Shown: positions 35,380 through 44,229, numbered from the stretch's first letter. The stretch: DNA of 64,000 bases from an uncultured Dehalococcoidia bacterium (GCA_964560025.1 CAZLKC010000005.1:41102-105101), one strand, 5' to 3'. Numbers and translations are program-made. Notes: generated by a model from the sequence alone, not told the origin.

Positions 35380-36036
35380 CTACGCCGCGTAGTCCGTCTT
35401 GTCCTCCACGCCCGCTTGGGCGAAGGCGGCGCGGCGTTCGTGGCACTTGTTGCAGACGCCGCAGTGTTGGCCGTCTCGGGGCGCGTTGCACGTGAGGGTG
35501 AGGTGCAGCGGAAAATCCGCCGAGCGGGCGATGAGTTCATGCTTGCGCATCTCGCGGTAGGGCGTTACCACCGCGATTGGGTGGCTCATCGCCGTCGTGA
35601 GCAGACGAGCGTAGTCGTCGAAGAATTCCCGCGTCGCGTCGGGGAACGGGTTGCCGCCGAGCGTGCCCATAGCGACGCGGTGCACGCCGTTGACAGCGCA
35701 CCACACGCCCGCCGCCGCCAGCAGCAGCACGTTGCGCCCGGGCAGATACACCTTTTCGTCCGGGGCGGCGGCGTCCGGCACGCCCTCGCCGGTAACGCTC
35801 CAATGTTGGCCGTACATCGCCTCGACGGGCATAGGCAGCGTAACGAGGGGACGCAGGTTAGGCGAGTCGAGCGCGCCGATGAACCGCTCCAACGCCGCCC
35901 GCTCCGCCTCTTCCCACGCCAGCCCTTGCCGCACGTAGAGGGGGAGCACCTCGTGCGTCCGCGTGAGGTCGGCGAGGAGCGCGCAGCTGTCGAGGCCGCC
36001 GCTAGCGAGCACGGCGATGGCGTTCTCGCGCGTCAT
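35380..36036 (-). CDS. queC: QueC-like PP-loop ATPase (7-cyano-7-deazaguanine synthase family, divergent)
   Basis: SGGLDS PP-loop, LPGRN, and the C-terminal Zn cluster CNAPRDGQHCGVCNKCHERR. Confidence 0.78.
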   Translation of the reverse strand: MTRENAIAVLASGGLDSCALLADLTRTHEVLPLYVRQGLAWEEAERAALERFIGALDSPNLRPLVTLPMPVEAMYGQHWSVTGEGVPDAAAPDEKVYLPGRNVLLLAAAGVWCAVNGVHRVAMGTLGGNPFPDATREFFDDYARLLTTAMSHPIAVVTPYREMRKHELIARSADFPLHLTLTCNAPRDGQHCGVCNKCHERRAAFAQAGVEDKTDYAA

Positions 36037-36103
36037 AGCGGCGCGACGCCCCGCGAGCCGGGCGGGATAGGGACTGCGTGGGTCGGCATAGGGGGCGTTT
36101 GGG

Positions 36104-36868
36104 CTAGCGCGCCGCGCCGTTGCCCGCGACGTGCAGGCCGGAGTCGACGTGGATGAGTTCGCCGGTGATAGTTTCGCTTCTCAGCAGCGTTGCGACTACC
36201 TCCGCGATCTCGTCGGCGGACGATTCGCGGCCTAGGGGCACGTCCCGCGACAGCCGCGCGTCCCACTCCTCGGGCGTGATGTCGGGCGGGCGCATCGTCG
36301 GCCCGGGCAGTACGGCGTTAACCAGGATGCCCGAGGGGGCCAGCTCGACGGCGAAGGCGCGCGTCATAAAGTGGATGGCCGCCTTGGCCGTCAGGTAGGG
36401 CAAGTAGTCGCGGTAAGGCGTCTGCGCGGCAGCCCAGTCGCCGAACTGGACGATGTGCCCGCGCGTCGGCCCCGGATTGCGCGCCATCGCGCGCGAGGCA
36501 TGGACGCTGAGCAGAAACGCGGCGCGGGCGGCCTCCATCGCCCGCTCCCATGCGCCCGCGTCCAGCGCGTCGAGCGGATCGCGCGGGTAGCCGGACGCCA
36601 GATTCACGAGGAAATCCACGCGGCCTAGGGCGGCGGACGCCTCTTCCACCGCGCGCTGCACGTCCGCCTCCGATACGGCGTCGGATTGCACTACGGCGAC
36701 GCGCTCCGTTTTGGGCGCGATCTCCGCCGCCAGAGCGTCCGCCTCCATGCGAGAGGCGCGATAGACGATGGCCTGGTCCACGCCCTCGTCGGCAAGCCTG
36801 TGGGCGACGACCGCGCCGATTCGCCTCGCGCCCACGATGATCGCCCCTGTGCCTCGGAGTGTCCGCAC
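36104..36868 (-). CDS. Short-chain dehydrogenase/reductase (SDR)
   Basis: GAIIVGARRIG nucleotide motif, YxxxK (YLTAKAA) and …LPGPT…. The GTG at 36868 follows GGAGCGAGAAGA. Confidence 0.85.
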   Translation of the reverse strand: MRTLRGTGAIIVGARRIGAVVAHRLADEGVDQAIVYRASRMEADALAAEIAPKTERVAVVQSDAVSEADVQRAVEEASAALGRVDFLVNLASGYPRDPLDALDAGAWERAMEAARAAFLLSVHASRAMARNPGPTRGHIVQFGDWAAAQTPYRDYLPYLTAKAAIHFMTRAFAVELAPSGILVNAVLPGPTMRPPDITPEEWDARLSRDVPLGRESSADEIAEVVATLLRSETITGELIHVDSGLHVAGNGAAR

Positions 36869-36940
36869 TCTTCTCGCTCCTCGCCGCCCGCTTACCGCGC
36901 GCGGCGCCTCGATTCTATCCCGTTTGCTACCATCCGCCCT

Positions 36941-37705
36941 ATGATTGGCTCGTCCGCGCCCTGGTACGTGGAGTTCTTTGGCGATGACTACCTTCACGTT
37001 TACGCCGACCGCCTCACTGACGAGCACACGGAGGCGGAAGTCGCGTTCGTCGAGCGCGCCCTCGGCCTGAAGCGGGGCGACGCGGTGCTCGACCTGTGCT
37101 GCGGTCAGGGGCGCCACGCCATTCTTTTGGCTAAACACGGCATCCGCGCGACCGGCCAAGACTTGAGCGAGCGCTACATAGCCGACGCGCGCCGCCAAGC
37201 CGCCGAGCAGCGCGTCGACGCGGCGTTCGTAGCGGGCGATATGCGCCGCATCGGCGGCGTGGAGCGATACGATGCCGTCATCAATATGTTCACCGCATTC
37301 GGCTACTTGGAGGCGGACGCGGACAACGCGCAGGTGCTCCGAGGAGTGCGCCGCGCCCTGAAACCCGGCGGTCGCATCCTGATCGACGCGCTCAACCGCG
37401 AGTGGGTGCTGGCAAACCAAACGCCCGAAGAGCGCCACGACCGAGCGGACGGCGCGGCCATCGTCGAGCGCCGCGCGTTCGACGCGGCGGAAGGGCGCAA
37501 CCACGTAACGTTCGAGGTCGTGGAGGCGGACGGAACGCGGCGGCAGGCGGGCGGCCACCACATCCGCCTCTACTCGCTAAGCGAGATGCGAGCGCTGCTG
37601 GAGGAGGCGGGCTTGGCCTACGAGCGCGCCTACGGCGGCTACGACGCGGCGCCCTACACATCGGCGAGCCGCCGGATGATCGTAGTAGCGCGCAAAGCGG
37701 GCTAA
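36941..37705 (+). CDS. Class I SAM-dependent methyltransferase
   Basis: VLDLCCGQGRH (motif I), …DAVINMFTAFGY…, LKPGGRILID. Confidence 0.85.
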   Translation: MIGSSAPWYVEFFGDDYLHVYADRLTDEHTEAEVAFVERALGLKRGDAVLDLCCGQGRHAILLAKHGIRATGQDLSERYIADARRQAAEQRVDAAFVAGDMRRIGGVERYDAVINMFTAFGYLEADADNAQVLRGVRRALKPGGRILIDALNREWVLANQTPEERHDRADGAAIVERRAFDAAEGRNHVTFEVVEADGTRRQAGGHHIRLYSLSEMRALLEEAGLAYERAYGGYDAAPYTSASRRMIVVARKAG

Positions 37706-38901
37706 CGCTCGCCCGCCTCCACTAGGCGCAACTCCACCGGGCCGCCGCGGCCCTGCTGCGCTGCGTCTTCCAGTCCTTCGCCCCGGGCGTAGCGGTTGCA
37801 CATCTCGCGGAAGGCGAGCGGGAAGGCGTCGGGGCGGTACAGGGGCGTCGGCGCGTGAGGGCCGCTGCGCTTTGCGCGGTCGGTGCCGTCGCGCACCATC
37901 GCCTTGTCCTGATCGTTGAATCTCCCCTTGCGCACCGGGCGCGCCCACAGGTGGTAGAGCGCGTTGACCCACGCCCGCTCGATAGGGTTGCGCGGCCAAT
38001 GGCACGAGACCTGGAAGTATTGGTAATGGTCGGCGTCGATGGCGGTATACCACTCGAAGTAGATCGCGTCGGGCAGCGGGAAGTTGCGCACGCGCAGGTA
38101 GCCGGGCAGCCGCATAGCGGTGATGGTCTCCACGCCGTGCTGGAAGCGCTTGGGGTCGGGCAGCGCCTGCTCCATATTCGGACGGAAGAGGCGCCAGGGG
38201 CGCTTCGGCGGCCACGCGCCCAGACCGGGGAATTCGCCGCGTAGAACGGGCGGGCCGACGCGCTCGATAAGGTACTCGCCGTCCGGTCCCTCCTGCCCCC
38301 AGTAGGGGTCGGCGCCCTGGTTGGCGGCGAACAACTCCACCATCAGCAGCGCGAGCGAATCCTTGTGCAGCATCTGAAAGTGGCCGCCGCCGCTGCCCTC
38401 GGCGTGGAAGCGCCAGTTGCCGTACACCGTCCGCCGGCGGTGTTTCACCATCGCATCGTCGCGCAGCAGCAGGTAGGGAACGTCCTCCTCCAGCGGGGCG
38501 GGCACGCCGCGCCCCATCCACACCCACACGATGCCCTTGCGCTGCTCCGTCGGAAACGTGCGGATACGCACCTTGCCCACCACCGGGCTATCCGGCCCAT
38601 CCGTCAGCGCCGCCACGCACGCGCCGCTGCGCAGGTCGAACGTCCAGCCGTGGAAGCGGCAAGCGAGCGTGTCTGTGCCCGGGAATTCGTCCTTACCCAG
38701 GGACATCCGCGCGCCCCGGTGCGGGCATTCGTCCTGCACCGCGTAGACCTTGCCGCTGCGCTTGACGAACGCGATCGGCTCGCCCAGCAGGATCATGCGC
38801 TTGGGATGGCGGCCAACCTCGCGCTCGCCGAGCGCCGGGTGCCAGTAGTTCTTGAACCCGGTTACGGCGCGGTCGTAGGGCAGGGGAGCGTCGGCGATCA
38901 T
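37702..38901 (-). CDS. Rieske [2Fe-2S] oxygenase, paralogue 2
   Basis: CPHRG…CRFHG. The ATG at 38901 forms an ATGA overlap with the stop of paralogue 3. The iron-site region reads AEGSGGGHFQMLH. Confidence 0.88.
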   Translation of the reverse strand: MIADAPLPYDRAVTGFKNYWHPALGEREVGRHPKRMILLGEPIAFVKRSGKVYAVQDECPHRGARMSLGKDEFPGTDTLACRFHGWTFDLRSGACVAALTDGPDSPVVGKVRIRTFPTEQRKGIVWVWMGRGVPAPLEEDVPYLLLRDDAMVKHRRRTVYGNWRFHAEGSGGGHFQMLHKDSLALLMVELFAANQGADPYWGQEGPDGEYLIERVGPPVLRGEFPGLGAWPPKRPWRLFRPNMEQALPDPKRFQHGVETITAMRLPGYLRVRNFPLPDAIYFEWYTAIDADHYQYFQVSCHWPRNPIERAWVNALYHLWARPVRKGRFNDQDKAMVRDGTDRAKRSGPHAPTPLYRPDAFPLAFREMCNRYARGEGLEDAAQQGRGGPVELRLVEAGER

Positions 38902-40064
38902 CAACCCTCCCGCGTGGCGCCTCTGGCGCGCTCGTTGGCGTAGGCGATCCAGTCGAGGGGGTAGCGGTCGGGGCGGTAGAGGGGCGTGGGGGAGTGGTGG
39001 CCGCTGCGCTTGGCCCGGTCGGTCGAATCGCGCACCATCGCCTTGTCCTGATCGTTGAAGCGCCCCATCTTCATCGGCCCCCAATAGGCATGCCACTTCA
39101 GGTGGGTGATGAGGCGCGAGAGCGGGTTGCGCGGCCAGTGGCAGGAGACCTGGAAGTAGACGTAGGCGTCGTGGCGGATGGGCACGTACCACTCGTAGTA
39201 GAGCGCGCCGACTACCGGGAAGTGGTTGATGCGCAGCAGACCGGGCAAGCGCACGGCGGCGATGGTGCTCACGCCGTGGACGGAGCGTCCGTAGGGCTGG
39301 CTGGCGAAGCGCCACGGGCGCTTGGGCGGCCACTCGCCCAAGCCGGGGTAGGCGGCCTGGCGCGCGAGGCCGCCCGTGCGTTCCACTAGGTAGGGCGGGC
39401 CGTCGTCGCCTTCTTCGTCCGTCAGCACCGGCGCGTAGTCCTTCAGGTGCGCGAAGAAGCGGTTGGTGAGCTGGACGAACGAATCGCGGTGGAGCATCTG
39501 GAAGTGGCCGCCGTCGCCGCTCTCCGCGTGATAGCGCCAGTTGCCGTACACCACGCGCCGGCGGTGCTTGACCAACGTGTCCTCGCGCAGCATCAGCTTA
39601 GGCGCGTCCTCCTCCAACGGGACGGGCGCGCCGCGCCCCATCCACACCCACACAATCCCCTTGCGCTGCTCCGTCGGGAACGTGCGGATGCGCACCTTGC
39701 CCACGACCGGGCTATCCGGCCCGTCCGTCAGCGCCGCCACGCACGCGCCGTTGCGCAGGTCGAACGTCCAGCCGTGGAAGCGGCAAGCCAGCGTATCCGT
39801 GCCCGGGAACTCGTCCTTGCCGAGCGACATCCGCGCGCCGCGATGCGGGCATTCGTCCTGGACGGCATAGACCTTGCCGCCGCGCCGCACGAACGCGATT
39901 GGCTCGCCCAGCAGGATCATGCGCTTGGGATGGCGTCGAATCTCGCGTTCGCCGAGCGCGGGGTACCAGTAGTCCTTGAACCCGGTTACGGCGCGGTCGT
40001 AGGGAGTAGAGGCGCGCTCCTGCGTCTCTGCCGCTTCGTTGCCCTTGTCCGCCGCGCCGTCCAT
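38901..40064 (-). CDS. Rieske [2Fe-2S] oxygenase, paralogue 3
   Basis: CPHRG…CRFHG and ESGDGGHFQMLH. It is very similar to paralogue 2. The start at 40064 (MDGAADKG…) is uncertain. Confidence 0.85.
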   Translation of the reverse strand: MDGAADKGNEAAETQERASTPYDRAVTGFKDYWYPALGEREIRRHPKRMILLGEPIAFVRRGGKVYAVQDECPHRGARMSLGKDEFPGTDTLACRFHGWTFDLRNGACVAALTDGPDSPVVGKVRIRTFPTEQRKGIVWVWMGRGAPVPLEEDAPKLMLREDTLVKHRRRVVYGNWRYHAESGDGGHFQMLHRDSFVQLTNRFFAHLKDYAPVLTDEEGDDGPPYLVERTGGLARQAAYPGLGEWPPKRPWRFASQPYGRSVHGVSTIAAVRLPGLLRINHFPVVGALYYEWYVPIRHDAYVYFQVSCHWPRNPLSRLITHLKWHAYWGPMKMGRFNDQDKAMVRDSTDRAKRSGHHSPTPLYRPDRYPLDWIAYANERARGATREG

Positions 40065-40167
40065 AGGCGGGGTTGTAGCACAAGCGCGGCAGCGCCGCCA
40101 CCGGGAGGGCGCCGCCGTGCCGCGCAACGCCTTGCCGATTCGCACCTTTAGGTGCGATAATGGGTTC

Positions 40168-40374
40168 GTGACTAGCCGCGAGTTCTTCACGCGAGCGAGG
40201 GAGTATGCCCGTTAGACAGGACAAGCCTTCCGCTTCGACCCTGCCCACGGCAAAGGCAGCGACGGCAGGCTCTACGTCGGCGCGCGGTTCACTACGATGA
40301 AACGCGGCGAACTGACCAAAGGCCTGCTGGCCGCGATGCTGCGGCAGTTGAACATCGACCCAAGGGAGTTCTGA
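40168..40374 (+). pseudogene. hicA: Decayed HicA-like toxin gene (in-frame TAG at 40213-40215; the GSH His is replaced, giving GKGSDG)
   Basis: The frame reads VTSREFFTRAREYAR*TGQAFRFDPAHGKGSDGRLYVGARFTTMKRGELTKGLLAAMLRQLNIDPREF and ends 3 nt before the hicB ATG. Confidence 0.5.
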
Positions 40375-40377
40375 CCG

Positions 40378-40806
40378 ATGCTCTACGCCTACCCGTGCGA
40401 ACTGGCTGTCGACGAAGATGGCGGATTCGTCGCCACGTTTCCCGACGTGCCGGAGGCCATCACCGGCGGGAGCGACCGCGCCGAGGCGCTGGCGCTGGCG
40501 GAGGACGCCCTAGCCGCTGCGCTGGCCGGGTACGCCCACGCCAAGTGGGACATCCCCGTCCCCAGCGAGGCAGTCGACGGTCAGGCGCTAGTGGCGCCGC
40601 CGCCCGTCGTAGCCGCGAAGCTCGCTCTCTACACGGCGATGAAGGCGCAGGGCGTAACCAAGGTAGAGCTCGCCGAACGGCTCGGCGTCAGCGAGTCCGC
40701 CGTCCGCAAGCTGACCAACCCCGACCACCGCTCGCACATCAGCCAGGTGCAACGAGCACTCAAGGCCGTAGGGCGCAACCTCGCCGTAGAGGTAACCGCC
40801 GCCTGA
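40378..40806 (+). CDS. hicB: HicB-family antitoxin with a C-terminal HTH
   Basis: YPCELAVDEDGGFVATFPDVPEAITGGSDRAEALALAEDAL… (HicB fold) plus …VTKVELAERLGVSESAVRKL… (HTH). Confidence 0.85.
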   Translation: MLYAYPCELAVDEDGGFVATFPDVPEAITGGSDRAEALALAEDALAAALAGYAHAKWDIPVPSEAVDGQALVAPPPVVAAKLALYTAMKAQGVTKVELAERLGVSESAVRKLTNPDHRSHISQVQRALKAVGRNLAVEVTAA

Positions 40807-40848
40807 ACACGGCGATAGCGCGCTCGGCTTGCCCTGCCGGACTAGCGG

Positions 40849-41853
40849 CTAGGAAGCGGCGCTGCCGACGGTGTCGAGGATGAGGCGCGTCACCACGTAC
40901 GGGTCCATATTGGCGTTGGGGCGCCTGTCCTCGAGGTAGCCCTTCTGCTCGCGCTCCACCTGCCAGGGGATGCGGATGGACGCGCCCCGGTCGGAGACGC
41001 CGTACTTGAAGGTCTTGTAGGAAGCCGTCTCGTGGAGGCCGGTCAGGCGCTCCTCGATGCCCGCGCCGTAGTTGGCGATGTGGAGGTCGTGCTTGCCCTT
41101 CAGCGCCTCGATAGCGGCCAAGATGGGCGGGTAGGACTCGCGCATCGCCTTGGTCGAGAAGTTGGTGTGCGCCCCCGCGCCGTTCCAGTCGCCGCGCGCA
41201 GGCTTGGGGTCGAGCGTCGCGCTGATTTCGAAGTCTTCGCCGACGCGGTAGAGCAGCCAGCGTGCGAGCCACAACTCGTCCCCGATGCGCGGCGCGGCGA
41301 GCGGGCCGACCTGGAATTCCCATTGGCCCGGCATCACCTCGGCGTTGATGCCGGAGATGAGCAGCCCCGCCTCGAGGCAGACGCTCAGGTGCTCCTCGAC
41401 CACCTCGCGGCCGAACACCTCGTCGTCGCCCACGCCGCAGTAGTAGCCGCCCTGGGGCGCCGGGTAGCCGCCCTGAGCGGGAAAGCCGAGCGGCCGGGCG
41501 CCCTTGAAGAAGGTGTACTCCTGCTCGATGCCGAAGATCATCTCCAGCCCGGCGAAGCGCTCGCCGACCTCGGCGCAAGCGCGGCGCGTGTTCGTCGGGT
41601 GCGGCGACATGTCCGACAGCAGCACCTCGCACATCACCAGTTTGTCGCCCTCGTCGCGCAGCGGGTCGTCGATGGAGTGAACGGGCTGCAGCACGCAGTC
41701 GGAGGAGTCGCCCGCGGCCTGGTTGGTGCTGGAGCCGTCGAAGCCCCAGATGGGGGGCTCTTCGCCGACGGGCACGATCTTCGTCTTGGAGCGCAACTTC
41801 GCCGTCGGCTGCGTGCCGTCAACCCAGATGTACTCGGCCTTGTAGTGGTCCAT
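40849..41853 (-). CDS. glnII: Glutamine synthetase type II (eukaryote-like GSII)
   Basis: AEYIWVDG…GFDGSSTNQA…EVMPGQWEFQVGP…NGAGAHTNFS…. Confidence 0.92.
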   Translation of the reverse strand: MDHYKAEYIWVDGTQPTAKLRSKTKIVPVGEEPPIWGFDGSSTNQAAGDSSDCVLQPVHSIDDPLRDEGDKLVMCEVLLSDMSPHPTNTRRACAEVGERFAGLEMIFGIEQEYTFFKGARPLGFPAQGGYPAPQGGYYCGVGDDEVFGREVVEEHLSVCLEAGLLISGINAEVMPGQWEFQVGPLAAPRIGDELWLARWLLYRVGEDFEISATLDPKPARGDWNGAGAHTNFSTKAMRESYPPILAAIEALKGKHDLHIANYGAGIEERLTGLHETASYKTFKYGVSDRGASIRIPWQVEREQKGYLEDRRPNANMDPYVVTRLILDTVGSAAS

Positions 41854-41948
41854 CCGTCTTCTCTCCCTCTACGTCGCGTCGGAGGGCGGAGTCCGCCCCT
41901 ATGCTTCGCCGCAAGTATAGACGCAAGCGCTCCACCAACGGGCACCGG

Positions 41949-41970
41949 GTTGTTACGAGTGTGTAACAAC
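41949..41970. promoter_or_regulatory. Perfect palindrome GTTGTTAC-N6-GTAACAAC about 100 nt upstream of glnII
   Basis: 8-bp perfect arms in the glnII 5' region. It contains TGTTA-N8-TAACA, reminiscent of nitrogen-regulator operators but not identical to them. Confidence 0.35.
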
Positions 41971-41989
41971 ACCATCGTTCTGCCGCCCC

Positions 41990-44113
41990 TCATCCCCCCG
42001 CCTCGGCCAGCGCTTGACGGAAGTGGACGGCTCGGACGGTGAGAGGAGCGCCGTCAGTGGCGGGGGCGGCGTCTACGCGCTCGCGGATGGCCAAGAAGGC
42101 GGCGCGGCGGCAGAGAGCGGCTAGGGCGGAGCCGGGCATTTCCTCTGAAGCGTCGGCGACGGCGTCCAGGTCTACGTCGGGGGCGAGAGGCATGCCGCGC
42201 GTGTGGACGGCAAGAATCTCGCGGCGCGAGGCGCGATCGGGTAGGGCGAGGTCAACGCGCTGTTCGAGGCGTCCGGCGCGCAGCAGGGCGGGGTCGAGCG
42301 CGGCGGGGCGGTTGGTGGCGGCGAGCACGACAACGCCGGGCGCCGCCTCGATGCCGTCCAGTTCGGCGAGGAGTTGGCTGAGGGCGGCGTCGCCCCCCGC
42401 CGACGCGCCCGCGTCGCGCCGGGAGGCGAGCGAGTCCAGCTCGTCGATGAAGACGATGCACGGGCTGGCCTGCTTCGCCTTGCGGAACACCTCGCGCACC
42501 TTGCGCGCCGATTCGCCCACCCACGGAGAGAGCAACTCCGGCCCTTTGACCGCGATGAAGTTGGCATTCGATTGGCTGGCGACGGCTTTGGCGAGCAGCG
42601 TCTTGCCGGAGCCCGGCGGGCCGGAGAGCAGTACGCCCTTGGGCGGCGCGGCGCGGGCGGCCTCGAACAGGCCGCGATGGCGCAACGGCCATTCGATCGC
42701 CTCGCGCAGCGCGCGCTTGGCGTCGCCCAGCCCGCCCACGTCGTCCCAGCGCACGTCGGGAATCTCGGTGAATACCTCGCGGATGGCGGACGGCTCCACC
42801 TCCTTGAGCGCGTCGAGGAAGTGCTCCTCGCGCACCTCGATGCCCGCGAGCAGGTCGTCGGGCAGGAACTCCGCCTCGCCGCGGATGCGGGGCATCAACT
42901 CGCGGAGCGTAACCATCGCCGCCTCGCGGCAGAGGGCGGCCAGGTCGGCGCCCACGAATCCGTGCGTCAACTCGGCCAGCCGCTCCAGGTCGACGTCGTC
43001 TGCCAGCGGCATCCCGCGCGTGTGCACTTGCAGCACCTCGAGGCGTCCGTTGCGGTCGGGCACGCCGATGGTGAGTTCGCGGTCGAGGCGGCCGGGGCGC
43101 CGCAGGGCGGGGTCGAGCGTGTTGGGCACGTTCGTCGCGCCGATGACGACCACCTGGCCGCGCGCCTGGAGGCCGTCCATCAGCGAGAGGAGTTGCGCGA
43201 CGACGCGGCGCTCCACCTGCTGGAACGCGCCCACCTCCTCGCGCTTGGGGGCGATGGCGTCGATCTCGTCGATGAAGATGATGGCAGGCGCGCGGGCGGC
43301 GGCCTCCTCGAACACCGCGCGCAGGCGCTCCTCCGATTCGCCGTAGAACTTGCCGATGATTTCCGGCCCGCCGATGCTGACGAAGTGCGCCGAGGTCTCG
43401 TTGGCGACCGCCTTGGCGATGAGCGTCTTGCCCGTCCCCGGCGGCCCGTAGAGCAGCACGCCGCGCGGCGGCTCGATGCCCAAGCGCAGGAAGAGTTCGG
43501 GGTAGCGCAGCGGCAACTCGATCATCTCGCGGATGCGCTGTATCTCCCTGCGCAGGCCGCCGATGTCCTCGTAGGTCACGCCTGCGCCTTCGCGCTGCTC
43601 GGCGCGCTCGACGCTCTCGCCGCGCACCTTCAGGTCGGTGGCGGCGGTAACCACCACCGCGCCTTTGGGGCGCGTCTCGACCACGGTGAACTCGCGGTAG
43701 ACGCCGCCCAAGAAGGTGGCGCGCACCTTGTCGTCGGGCTGCACGGCCATCCCCAGCAGCACGTTGGCGACGTGGCGGCGCTCCGATTCGCCGTGCTCGC
43801 GCTGCGGCGCCCCCATAGGCGCGAGCACGACGGCGCGCGCGTCGGGCGCCGTCAGCCGCTCGACCTCCACCCATTCGTCGATGGTCGCGTCGGCGTTCTC
43901 GCGCACGATGCCGTCCATACGCACGAGCGCCTTGCCGCGCTGTTCGGCGTAGGCGGGCAGCGCCTTGGCGACCGTCCCGCGCTTGCCGCTGACGCGCACC
44001 ACGTCGCCCGACTGGAGGCCGAGGCGGGGCATATCGGCGCGGTCGACACGGACGACGCCGCGCCCCACGTCGCGCGCCTCCGCCTCCGCCACCTTCAACC
44101 TGATGCTCGCCAT
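41990..44113 (-). CDS. CDC48/VCP-like double-AAA+ ATPase
   Basis: N-terminal double-psi barrel-like region plus two Walker A sites (GPPGTGKT, GPPGSGKT) and two Walker B sites (IIFIDEID, IVFIDELD). Confidence 0.92.
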   Translation of the reverse strand: MASIRLKVAEAEARDVGRGVVRVDRADMPRLGLQSGDVVRVSGKRGTVAKALPAYAEQRGKALVRMDGIVRENADATIDEWVEVERLTAPDARAVVLAPMGAPQREHGESERRHVANVLLGMAVQPDDKVRATFLGGVYREFTVVETRPKGAVVVTAATDLKVRGESVERAEQREGAGVTYEDIGGLRREIQRIREMIELPLRYPELFLRLGIEPPRGVLLYGPPGTGKTLIAKAVANETSAHFVSIGGPEIIGKFYGESEERLRAVFEEAAARAPAIIFIDEIDAIAPKREEVGAFQQVERRVVAQLLSLMDGLQARGQVVVIGATNVPNTLDPALRRPGRLDRELTIGVPDRNGRLEVLQVHTRGMPLADDVDLERLAELTHGFVGADLAALCREAAMVTLRELMPRIRGEAEFLPDDLLAGIEVREEHFLDALKEVEPSAIREVFTEIPDVRWDDVGGLGDAKRALREAIEWPLRHRGLFEAARAAPPKGVLLSGPPGSGKTLLAKAVASQSNANFIAVKGPELLSPWVGESARKVREVFRKAKQASPCIVFIDELDSLASRRDAGASAGGDAALSQLLAELDGIEAAPGVVVLAATNRPAALDPALLRAGRLEQRVDLALPDRASRREILAVHTRGMPLAPDVDLDAVADASEEMPGSALAALCRRAAFLAIRERVDAAPATDGAPLTVRAVHFRQALAEAGG

Positions 44114-44149
44114 AGCCTGCCGTCCCGCAAGGAGGAGACTGTTACGGAA

Positions 44150-44202
44150 CCTCGATTCCCCCCTGCGTCATTCACGCGAAAACGGGAATCTCGCCTCGAT
44201 TC
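44150..44202. repeat. Degenerate copy of the GTCATTC(C)CGC…GGGAATC palindrome, flanked by 9-bp direct repeats (CCTCGATTC)
   Basis: CCTCGATTC occurs at 44150-44158 and 44194-44202, bracketing 35 bp that contain GTCATTCACGCGAAAACGGGAATC. Confidence 0.45.
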
Positions 44203-44229
44203 GGGCGGGACAAGGAGCGTCCCTTGCCC

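Noticed and set aside
36037-36103. preQ1 riboswitch upstream of the QueC-like gene
   Set aside because: The 67-nt spacer lacks the conserved preQ1-I/II core, having no A-rich tail or CCCUCUAU-type segment that I can recognise. It is GC-rich linker sequence within an operon.
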